Shown here one piece after another: positions 54,776 to 62,577 of a stretch of DNA of 64,000 nucleotides; position 1 is the first letter of the stretch, and each line of letters opens with the position of its first letter. This stretch comes from Pseudomonadota bacterium. Lineage in GTDB: Bacteria > Desulfobacterota > Binatia > UBA1149. Where the stretch lies: assembly GCA_014382245.1 (NCBI GenBank), contig JACNKC010000057.1:174-64173 (forward strand), in the 5' to 3' direction. Both the position numbers and the translations under genes were made by a program. The notes beneath the pieces were generated by a model, which was not told the origin of the DNA, did no database searches, and was given only the letters and a program-made list of their open reading frames with translations.

Positions 54776-55270
54776 ATGAAGCGTAGCCAGCAGGAAGTAG
54801 ACGCCCTACTCGCCGAGCTGGAGCAGGCCCACGGGTTGGGCGGCATTAATCCTGACCGGGGCCAGCTGCTCGAACTGTTGTCAGACGACAGCGACAGGGC
54901 AGACGGGACGAGACCGCTGCTGTACGTCAACCTGCTTCGCTTCTACGACCACGCTCGCTATCCCGCCGGCCATGAACTGGCCGAGGCGGGCATGAGCGGT
55001 GAGCAGGCCTACACCCTGTATGGCATCGCCGCCCTGGCCGAGGTCGAGAAACGCGGAGGCTGTCTTCCCCTATGGGGCACTGCCGAGCAGCTCGTCATCG
55101 GCGAGACCGACCACTGGGACCAGGTGGCTGTCATGCAGTACCCCGACCGCGAGGCTTTCATCGACATGATACGCGACCCCGACTACCAGGCATCGCTGGT
55201 ACATCGCAGGGCCGGACTGGAAAAGACCGTGGTCATCATCACCCGTTCCCTGTTACACGGCGCCGCCTGA
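54776..55270 (+). CDS. Hypothetical protein (possible Dabb/DUF1330-like C-terminal domain)
   Basis: 164 aa with coding-like codon usage and a GGAG RBS. Only weak resemblance to stress-responsive dimeric alpha+beta barrel proteins. Confidence 0.4.
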   Translation: MKRSQQEVDALLAELEQAHGLGGINPDRGQLLELLSDDSDRADGTRPLLYVNLLRFYDHARYPAGHELAEAGMSGEQAYTLYGIAALAEVEKRGGCLPLWGTAEQLVIGETDHWDQVAVMQYPDREAFIDMIRDPDYQASLVHRRAGLEKTVVIITRSLLHGAA

Positions 55271-55454
55271 CCGCGGAGGGCGCCCGCTTGCTGCGTTCCG
55301 GATACGGGAACGTCACCCCTGCTTGTCGATGTTGCGAACCGCTGTGCTGCTTTCCCGGTTCTGCTCACAAACCTTGTTATTCTGGAGGCCTGGGTAACGG
55401 CAAGCGCACAGAAAGCTATTGACAGCAGTACTCCTGCGGGCTTAGCTTAAGCCG

Positions 55455-56636
55455 TTGGGAAACTACCTGGACAACCTTGCCCTGTCGGCCCGGTCTGCCG
55501 CCAACACCCTCAGCGACACCTGGAAGGGTTACCGCGAAAGCGACCTGCGCCTGCGGGTCCCGCGGCCCGGCCCGTCGTTGGGCGCGATGGCGGAAGCCGC
55601 CCTCGACAGGGGATTTGCGCTGGCCGCCAACCTGGCGGCGGGGCGTAACCTTGAAGAACGAATCTCCAAGGGCTTCGCCCAGCTGGCAGACGCCGAGCAG
55701 TTGTTTGAGCAACGAGGTTGGCTGGCCGACCCGTCCGGCTACCATCGCGACCCGCCGCCGGTCGAAGAAGTATCACTGGGACGCGCCGTGTCTCAGCAGG
55801 GGCTCCGGCGGTTGCAGTACCAGCAGCTGAGTTACCCCAGCCTCTACGAGCCCTGGCCGAGCGAGCCGGGCCGCGAGCGCTGGCAGGCGCTGGAGCCCAA
55901 CCGTCGCTTTCACGCTTACGTGCTTCGCTACCCGGGCCCGCCGCGCCCGTGGCTGGTGTGTGTTCACGGCTTCGGCATGGGAGGACCGGCCACCGCGTTC
56001 ACCGGTTTCAACGCGCGCAAACTTCACAGCGAGCTCGGCTTGAATCTCGCGTTTCCCGTTTTGCCGCTGCACGGTCCACGCGCACCCGGCAGGGCCAGCG
56101 GTCGTGAACTGCTGGCCGCCGATTTCATGTCGATGGTCTACTGCTTCGCGCAGGCTGCCTGGGATCTGCGGCGACTGGTCGGTTGGCTCAAGAGCGAAGA
56201 CGGCCAGCCGGTGGGCTTGTACGGACTGTCGCTCGGCTCGCTCACTGCTTCACTCAGCAGCGGGCTGGAGTCGGCCGACTGCGTGATTGCCGGCATACCC
56301 GCCGTCGATTTTGCCGGCCTCGTGCGTGACAACGAGATCCCTATACCTGGCCGCAAGCCGCTCGCCAGCGAGCAGGGCTACCAGCGACTCGCGCGGGTGA
56401 CGAGCGTGGTCAACCCGCTGAGTTTCGCTCCGCAGGTGGCCAGGGACAAGCGTTTTATTTTTGCCGGCCTGGCCGACCGCCTGGCCCGGCCTTACCAGGC
56501 CGACGCGCTGTGGCGGCACTGGGGACGACCGCCGGTGCACTGGTTCGACGGTGCCCACGTTACCTACCTCATGAAGTCCAGCGTTCAACGCTTCGTGGAG
56601 TCGTCGCTGGCCACTGCCGGCCTGACCTGGCACTGA
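55455..56636 (+). CDS. Alpha/beta-fold hydrolase
   Basis: WLVCVHGFGMGG (HGxG-like oxyanion region) and the nucleophile elbow GLSLGS. Start uncertain: TTG at 55455 or ATG at 55587. Confidence 0.6.
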   Translation: MGNYLDNLALSARSAANTLSDTWKGYRESDLRLRVPRPGPSLGAMAEAALDRGFALAANLAAGRNLEERISKGFAQLADAEQLFEQRGWLADPSGYHRDPPPVEEVSLGRAVSQQGLRRLQYQQLSYPSLYEPWPSEPGRERWQALEPNRRFHAYVLRYPGPPRPWLVCVHGFGMGGPATAFTGFNARKLHSELGLNLAFPVLPLHGPRAPGRASGRELLAADFMSMVYCFAQAAWDLRRLVGWLKSEDGQPVGLYGLSLGSLTASLSSGLESADCVIAGIPAVDFAGLVRDNEIPIPGRKPLASEQGYQRLARVTSVVNPLSFAPQVARDKRFIFAGLADRLARPYQADALWRHWGRPPVHWFDGAHVTYLMKSSVQRFVESSLATAGLTWH

Positions 56637-56735
56637 CACTCCCGCTTTCTCCCCAGCTTTTGTTTCTTCTCGCCGACGCGTGTAGCGACGGTCACTGGCG
56701 CGTTGATTTTTCGTGGCGTGCCGCGGGGACCTGCT

Positions 56736-57602
56736 ATGAATTATAAAACCGAAACCCTGGTGTCGGGCCTGGCCTTTGCCGAAGGCCCACGGTGGAAGGA
56801 CGGCCGCCTCTACTATTCTGACATGCACCGTTGCGTGGTGGAGTCGGTGGACGAAAGCGGTTCTGTCGAACTGGTGTGCCGGGTGGAGCAGTCGCCCTCG
56901 GGCTTAGGCTGGTTGCCCGACGACGGTGCGGCCGACGCGGGTCGCATGCTGGTGGTTTCCATGCGCGACCGGCGCTTGCTGCGCCTGGACCCCGACGGCC
57001 TGGTCGAGGTGGCCGACCTGTCGGGCCTGGCCACCTGGCACTGCAACGACATGGTGGTCGATGAGCAGGGGCGCGCCTACGTGGGCAACTTCGGCTCGGA
57101 CATCTACGGTGACGATCCCACGCCCAGCGATGCGCTCCTGCTCATGGTAGAACGAGACGGCGCCGTCAGTGTAGCCGCCGACAAGATGAAATTTCCCAAC
57201 GGTGCCGTGATCACGCCCGACGGTAGTACCTTGATCATCTGCGAAACCTTTGCCGGCTGCTTGACGGCCTTCGACATAGCCGCCGATGGGTCGCTGTCGG
57301 GCCGCCGCAGCTGGGCCGAACTGGAGGGCGTGGCCCCCGACGGGTGTTGCCTGGACGCCGAGGGCGCCATCTGGGTGGCCACGGTATTCGGAAACCAGCT
57401 GTTGCGCGTGCACGAAGGGGGCCGCATCAGCGACCGCGTGGAGCTGGCCAGCGAATCGTTTGCCTGCATGCTGGGCGGTGAAGACGGGCGCACGTTGTTT
57501 ATCTGCGCGGCCCCGACCTCGGAACCCGAAGAAGCGCTTGAGCAGCTGGGTGGCAGCATTGAGCTGGTGCGCGTTGAGGTGCCCCGCGCGGGACGGCCGT
57601 AA
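56736..57602 (+). CDS. SMP-30/gluconolactonase/LRE-like beta-propeller protein
   Basis: Start at ATG 56736 (MNYKTETLVSGLAFAEGPRWKDGRLYYSD). The EGP..W and NDMVVDEQGRAYVGNFG blades are typical of the SMP-30/gluconolactonase family. Confidence 0.8.
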   Translation: MNYKTETLVSGLAFAEGPRWKDGRLYYSDMHRCVVESVDESGSVELVCRVEQSPSGLGWLPDDGAADAGRMLVVSMRDRRLLRLDPDGLVEVADLSGLATWHCNDMVVDEQGRAYVGNFGSDIYGDDPTPSDALLLMVERDGAVSVAADKMKFPNGAVITPDGSTLIICETFAGCLTAFDIAADGSLSGRRSWAELEGVAPDGCCLDAEGAIWVATVFGNQLLRVHEGGRISDRVELASESFACMLGGEDGRTLFICAAPTSEPEEALEQLGGSIELVRVEVPRAGRP

Positions 57603-57609
57603 AACCACG

Positions 57610-58569
57610 GTGGCATTGTTGTTGAAAGAGACGGTCGCGGTTGCCCTTTGCCTGCTGTTGGCGGGTTGCAGCCTGGGCACGGGCTGGCGCAGTGCCCACC
57701 ACCGCGATCATCCACTGGTGGGCAGTTGCTGGTCGGTGGACGCTGCCAAGGTGGTTGACTGCGGAGAGGTGAAGGAGGCTGCGCGAGGCGCACGGCTCGT
57801 GTTGCTCGGCGAGCAACACGATAACCCCGATCACCATCGCCTGCAGGCCGCGGTGCTTCGCGGGTTGGTGGACGCCGGTCGCCACCCGGCGCTGCTGCTC
57901 GAGATGCTCGGCCCCGCAGTGGCCGAGCAGGCCTGGGCCGCCTGTCGAGACCGAGGGCGGCGAGGCTGCACGGCGGCGGGGCTGAGGCGGGCGTTGGACT
58001 GGGACTCGAGTGGCTGGCCGGACTGGCAACTGTATCGCCCGATTTTTAACGTGGCGCTGGAGCGAGACCTGCAACTGGTCGGCGTAGGGATAAGCCGGGG
58101 CGAGGCCCGCGGGCTTTCGGCGCCGGTGGATACTCCGCTCGATGACAAGGCCGTTGCCGAACTCAGGCGCGAGATTATCGAATCGCACTGCGGCTACGCC
58201 AGTGGCCACATGGTCGACGCCATGCTCAATGTTCAGCAGTCGCGTGACTCGCGCATGGCCGGCGCGCTGGCCGACGCGCTGGCCGACGAAAACGGAGCTG
58301 GAGAAGACGGCGCGGTGTTGATCGCGGGCCTGGGGCACACCCGGCTCGACCGCGGCGTGGCCTGGCATCTTCCCGCGGGTACCCGCGAAGGGCTGTTCTC
58401 GGTCGCTTTCGTAGAGGTGACCATAGGCGAGCAGCACCCGGCCGACTACGCTGAGCACTTTGACGGCCGCCTGCCCTTTGACTACCTGTGGTTTACCCCC
58501 CGAGCCGATGATCTCGATCCCTGCGAGCGCTTCGAGCAGCAGTTGAAGGCCATGGGTAAACAGCCTTGA
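57610..58569 (+). CDS. ChaN-family (Tiki/TraB/ChaN superfamily) lipoprotein, putative heme/iron-associated
   Basis: GTG 57610 gives the lipoprotein signal ...VAVALCLLLAGCSLG. LVLLGEQHDNPDHHRLQAAVLRGL matches the ChaN GEQH motif. The ORF finder 5' extension overlaps the SMP-30 gene out of frame and is rejected. Confidence 0.6.
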   Translation: MALLLKETVAVALCLLLAGCSLGTGWRSAHHRDHPLVGSCWSVDAAKVVDCGEVKEAARGARLVLLGEQHDNPDHHRLQAAVLRGLVDAGRHPALLLEMLGPAVAEQAWAACRDRGRRGCTAAGLRRALDWDSSGWPDWQLYRPIFNVALERDLQLVGVGISRGEARGLSAPVDTPLDDKAVAELRREIIESHCGYASGHMVDAMLNVQQSRDSRMAGALADALADENGAGEDGAVLIAGLGHTRLDRGVAWHLPAGTREGLFSVAFVEVTIGEQHPADYAEHFDGRLPFDYLWFTPRADDLDPCERFEQQLKAMGKQP

Positions 58570-59459
58570 GCGATTCTCCCGGCGCGGTGCTGGTGGCCGG
58601 CTGTGGGCGCGTGGGGTCGCGCGTAGCAGGGCTGCTGGCCGACGGCGGGCGACAGGTGTACGCGCTCAGCCGCAAGCCCGCTGTCATGCCCGATAACGTA
58701 AGGCCGCTTATCGCTGATCTCACGGATGCGGCCTCGCTGTCGGGCTTGTTGGAGAGCGCGATACCGGTCGGCGTCGACCTCGTTGTTTTTACGGCCTCGC
58801 CTGATCGCGGCGACGAGCAGGCCTACCGCGCGGTGTATCTCGACGGGCTGGCCACGCTGCTGGCGACCCCGGCCTGCTCGGACTTGCGCCGCCTGGTTTT
58901 GGCTTCGAGTACCGCTGTATACGCGCAGGATGATGGCGGCTGGGTAGACGAACACGACGATACCAGGCCGCTGCGTTTCAACGGCGCGGTCATACTCGAA
59001 GCCGAGCAACTGGCCCGCACCCGAACGCGGGCCGAAGTGGTGGTGGCCAGGCTGGGGGGCATCTACGGCCCCGGCCCGGGCGCGTTCCTGCGCTCGGTCG
59101 CCGCGGGCGAGCTGCGTCTGCCTGACCGCCCGGCGTTTACCAACCGCGTGCAGGTAGGTGATGCCGCTCGCGCGCTGGTACACCTGGTTGGCCTCGCCCA
59201 ACCCGCGCCCGTGTACAACGTGGTCGACGACACACCGGCTACTCGCCACGAGGTCGCCGCGTGGGCGGCGGTGGAGCTGGGCCACGAGCTGGACGCGGCA
59301 GCTGTTTTATCGGCGGTGAGCGCGGGCACCGGCGGCAAGCGTTGCAGCAACGCGCTGCTGCGCGCCAGCGGATTCGACTTCCTATACCCCGGTTACCGTG
59401 AGGGCTACGTAAGGCGGTTGGCCGAACTGGCGGTGGGTGGAAAGGGCAACGGCGGTTGA
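58566..59459 (+). CDS. NAD(P)-binding epimerase/dehydratase-like (atypical SDR) protein
   Basis: N-terminal Rossmann VLVAGCGRVGSRVAGLLADGGRQVYALSR. About 300 aa with no classical SDR YxxxK in the usual place. ATGA-type overlap with the ChaN-like gene. Confidence 0.7.
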   Translation: MSDSPGAVLVAGCGRVGSRVAGLLADGGRQVYALSRKPAVMPDNVRPLIADLTDAASLSGLLESAIPVGVDLVVFTASPDRGDEQAYRAVYLDGLATLLATPACSDLRRLVLASSTAVYAQDDGGWVDEHDDTRPLRFNGAVILEAEQLARTRTRAEVVVARLGGIYGPGPGAFLRSVAAGELRLPDRPAFTNRVQVGDAARALVHLVGLAQPAPVYNVVDDTPATRHEVAAWAAVELGHELDAAAVLSAVSAGTGGKRCSNALLRASGFDFLYPGYREGYVRRLAELAVGGKGNGG

Positions 59460-59669
59460 CGATTCGGCAAGGGCCGGGGGCCTGCCCCCCCGGTCAGGGC
59501 CCCCCCCCCGAACGGGTATAAATCATTCATGTTACCCGGTAGATGCAGTGCTATCCCTTGACGGGGACGGGAGCGCAGTGGTTTACTTGAGCCTGCTGCC
59601 CGCCGCTGAGCGTGGCCGCAAGGGGGACTTTATCATGAATCATTTCTGCGGGCCGGCCTGGCCCTTCCT

Positions 59670-60704
59670 GTGCTGTACTTGTTTTCCGTGTGCGCGCTGA
59701 TCCTGCCGTCGTCGGCCGGTGCCAACCCCGCTTGTGGCGATACGCTGACAAGCGGGGTCACGACGATGGATGCCGCCCTTGTCTGCACCGACACCGGCGA
59801 TGGAACCGCGGCGCTTACACTTACCGGCTCGGCAACGCTTGATATGAACGGCTTCTATATCGTCTGCGGTGACCATGCAGACGACCTTACCGCGGTCCTG
59901 ATGGACGGCGTGTTTTTGAACGGAACCAAGAACACGCTGGCCAACGGCGCGATACGCAACTGCCAGGACGGCGTTGAGCTGGGCGGCGGGGGCGGCCACA
60001 CGGTCAGCATGGTGCACGCCACCGAGGGCTGGGACGACGGTTTTGACGTCAAGTCCGACGGCAACAAGCTCAGCCAGGTCACGTCCTGGGGCAACGACGA
60101 TGCCGGGGTTGTGCTGGTCGGGAACAAGAACCAGGTCACTAATTCTGTCGCTCGTTCAAACGATATCGATGGATTCGATATCGAGGGCGACGGAAACAAG
60201 CTGAAGTTCGTGACCTCCTACGGCAACCTCGACGATGGCTTCTGGATAGATGGTAACAAGAACTCGCTTTCTAATATTTCGGCTGCCGACAACGGCGACG
60301 AAGGTATTGATATCTCCAACACCGCTGACGGTAACAAGATCAAGTCAGCCCACACGGTCTCCAGCGGCGACAACGGCATCGAGCTCGAGGGCAACAAGAA
60401 CAAGTTGTCGGGCGTGGTGATCCTCGGACCCCCCGATGACGGTGTCGATCTGTGGGGCACTGCAACCGGCAATAAGCTATCGAAGGTGTTTGTCGCGGAG
60501 CCCTCCGGTGAAGGGATTGAGCTGGACACGGCGGGCAACTCTGTGCAGAAGTCGACCTCGGTCATGAGTCCCTCCACCGATGCCTACGACGAGGCGTCCG
60601 ATATCGCAGGTTCCTGTGTGAACAGCTGGAAGGGAAACCACTTCGCGAATGGGTGGCCCGCGGAGTGCGTGGGCAGCGTGTTGAACACGCCGCCGCTACC
60701 CTGA
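59670..60704 (+). CDS. Secreted right-handed parallel beta-helix repeat protein
   Basis: At least ten repeats of about 22 aa of the form GNKNxLSxV/TxxxNxDDGxD/xI (e.g. DGNKLSQVTSWGNDDAGVVLVG, GNKNQVTNSVARSNDIDGFDIEG, GDGNKLKFVTSYGNLDDGFWIDG). Hydrophobic N-terminus. GTG start at 59670 is the only in-frame start after an upstream stop. Confidence 0.6.
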   Translation: MLYLFSVCALILPSSAGANPACGDTLTSGVTTMDAALVCTDTGDGTAALTLTGSATLDMNGFYIVCGDHADDLTAVLMDGVFLNGTKNTLANGAIRNCQDGVELGGGGGHTVSMVHATEGWDDGFDVKSDGNKLSQVTSWGNDDAGVVLVGNKNQVTNSVARSNDIDGFDIEGDGNKLKFVTSYGNLDDGFWIDGNKNSLSNISAADNGDEGIDISNTADGNKIKSAHTVSSGDNGIELEGNKNKLSGVVILGPPDDGVDLWGTATGNKLSKVFVAEPSGEGIELDTAGNSVQKSTSVMSPSTDAYDEASDIAGSCVNSWKGNHFANGWPAECVGSVLNTPPLP

Positions 60705-60865
60705 GGGCCGAGCGTTTCGCCACTGAAGCGGGTCCGGTCGCGCAAGCAAGCGCGTCCGGACCTGTCTACAGGAAGGGAAAGCGGTTACTGATCCGGATGG
60801 ACGAATTGGTATCGTCGTTCGGCTGAGTTTTTGCTGGGCGGTTGCTTTCGGCTACCCTGTGGCGC

Positions 60866-61837
60866 ATGAAAATCGGCAGGGGGTCGAGATGTCTGTGCCT
60901 GGTGGCAGCGTTTTTGTTTTCGCTGTTGGTACTGCTGCCTGCGCAGGCTGTTGCCGGTGAAACCGTTCCGCTCGACGCGGCCGAGCGCGAGCGCCTGGGC
61001 GGCAGCTTTCTTGAGCTGCCTGACGGCTGGGTGCACTACCAGGTCAGCGGAGAAGAGAACGCTGACACGGTAATCCTCGTGCACGGGTTTTCTGTACCGT
61101 CTTTCGTCTGGCGCGGCGTCCTGCCTTACCTGCTCGATGCCGGCCTCCGGGTGGTCGTCTATGACAACTACGGCCGAGGCTTTTCTGATCGCCCCGGGCC
61201 GCCGTATAACATTGAGCTTTTCGATCGGCAGCTCGATGGCGTCATCAATGGACTCACGGCCGAGAGTGCGCGCGTGGCCCTGGTGGGCTATTCGATGGGT
61301 GGCGCCATCGTCACCGAGTATGCCGCGCGCAGGCCCGAGCGCGTGGCGGCCCTGGCGCTTATCGCTCCGGCTGGCTACCCGGTGGGCTTGCCGCTGGCGG
61401 CCAGGTTGACGCGCCTGCCGCTGGTGGGGGAGTGGTTGTTTTCGGTTTTCGCTCCGAGGGTGCTCAGTTCAAGGGTAGAGCAGATGGCGGCCCTGCCGGG
61501 TGCGCCCCGCGATTTCGTAGAGCGTTACAACGAGCAGCTCCGCTACCCGGGATACGTTGAGGCGCTGGCTTCCACGCTGGTCGAGTACCCGTTGAGCGAC
61601 CTGCGCGACAGCTACCGAGCGCTGGGCGCGAGCGGGCTGCCGGTTATGGCGCTGTGGGGCGACTCCGACAAGGTGGTGCCCTATTCGAGCTCAAAACTCC
61701 TGGCCGAAGACCTGCCGGGTCTCGAACTCAACACCATCGAGGGTGGTGCCCACGCCATAACCTTTACCCGCCCGCACGTGGTCGGCCCCCACCTTGTCTC
61801 GTTCTTTCGCAAGGGCGAGTGGCCCCTTTTGCGTTAA
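60866..61837 (+). CDS. Secreted alpha/beta-fold hydrolase
   Basis: Signal peptide MKIGRGSRCLCLVAAFLFSLLVLLPAQAVAG. Oxyanion motif VILVHGFS and nucleophile elbow GYSMGG. Confidence 0.8.
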   Translation: MKIGRGSRCLCLVAAFLFSLLVLLPAQAVAGETVPLDAAERERLGGSFLELPDGWVHYQVSGEENADTVILVHGFSVPSFVWRGVLPYLLDAGLRVVVYDNYGRGFSDRPGPPYNIELFDRQLDGVINGLTAESARVALVGYSMGGAIVTEYAARRPERVAALALIAPAGYPVGLPLAARLTRLPLVGEWLFSVFAPRVLSSRVEQMAALPGAPRDFVERYNEQLRYPGYVEALASTLVEYPLSDLRDSYRALGASGLPVMALWGDSDKVVPYSSSKLLAEDLPGLELNTIEGGAHAITFTRPHVVGPHLVSFFRKGEWPLLR

Positions 61838-61868
61838 AGGTAGCAGGGCTGCCTCTTGCTGCTTAGAG

Positions 61869-61917
61869 TAGGCAACAATGTTGCCTATTGACAACGATAT
61901 GGCTCATCGGCTATAAG
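61869..61917 (+). promoter_or_regulatory. Perfect 9-1-9 inverted repeat TAGGCAACAaTGTTGCCTA abutting a sigma70-like promoter (TTGACA-18bp-TATAAG) upstream of the XRE-cupin regulator
   Basis: The palindrome at 61869-61887 is read directly from the sequence. TTGACA is at 61888-61893 and TATAAG at 61912-61917, about 35 bp before the ATG at 61952. Confidence 0.5.
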
Positions 61918-61951
61918 CAACTCCGGTAGCCGGCGGGGTCGGGGGCGAGCG

Positions 61952-62566
61952 ATGGCCGTAGCAGAAAAGTCCAATGAAAAAACCGGTAGCGGGCACGAGA
62001 TTTCGGTGCGCCGGGCTGCCGACAAGTTCAGGCGCACCCGCGAGCAGGCGGGCCTGTCGGTGCGGCAACTGGCCGACAAGGCCGGCCTGTCACCGAGTAC
62101 GGTGCTCAAGCTGGAGCGCCACGAGCTCACCCCGTCCATAGCCGTGTGCATGCGCCTGGCCGGCGCTCTCAATCGTAAAATTTCGTACTTCGTAGAGGAC
62201 GAAGATCCCCGCGACGAAGTGCGTTATATCCCCGCCGGTTCGGGGCGTTGCAGCGGAGTGGGGATGCCGGTGGTCACCACGGTGCTGGCCGAGCCCCTGG
62301 TCAACCCGCGCATGGAATCGTTCCTGCTTGTCATAGAGGTGGGTGGCGATAGCGGGTCCGAGGGGCACATCACCTACCGTGGCGAAGAAATTGTCTACTG
62401 CTTGAAAGGGCGCGTGAGTTTCAGCATACGCGGTGAAGACTACGTGGTTGCCCCGGGCGACACGCTGCACTTCAAAGGCGACATACCTCACCGCTGGGCC
62501 AACGTGGGTCGTGGGCGCGCCGAGCTGCTGATGACCTGTGCCTTTGGCGACCAGGGCGGGGAGTAG
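61952..62566 (+). CDS. XRE-family HTH transcriptional regulator with C-terminal cupin domain
   Basis: HTH AGLSVRQLADKAGLSPSTVLKLERHELTPSIAVCMRLAGAL, plus a C-terminal cupin with GDTLHFKGDIPHRWAN. Confidence 0.8.
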   Translation: MAVAEKSNEKTGSGHEISVRRAADKFRRTREQAGLSVRQLADKAGLSPSTVLKLERHELTPSIAVCMRLAGALNRKISYFVEDEDPRDEVRYIPAGSGRCSGVGMPVVTTVLAEPLVNPRMESFLLVIEVGGDSGSEGHITYRGEEIVYCLKGRVSFSIRGEDYVVAPGDTLHFKGDIPHRWANVGRGRAELLMTCAFGDQGGE

Positions 62567-62577
62567 CGGGTAGGGTG

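Noticed and set aside
57286-57609. 5' extension of the ChaN-like ORF overlapping the SMP-30 gene
   Set aside because: The extension is low-complexity (Ala/Arg/Gly/Trp-rich) and overlaps a confidently called gene in another frame. A lipoprotein signal begins at GTG 57610, right after the SMP-30 stop.
59635-59700. Short Cys-rich ORF MNHFCGPAWPFLCCTCFPCAR upstream of the beta-helix gene
   Set aside because: Only 21 aa with no RBS, and it overlaps the likely signal-peptide region of the beta-helix ORF in another frame. Could conceivably be a leader peptide, but there is no supporting evidence.
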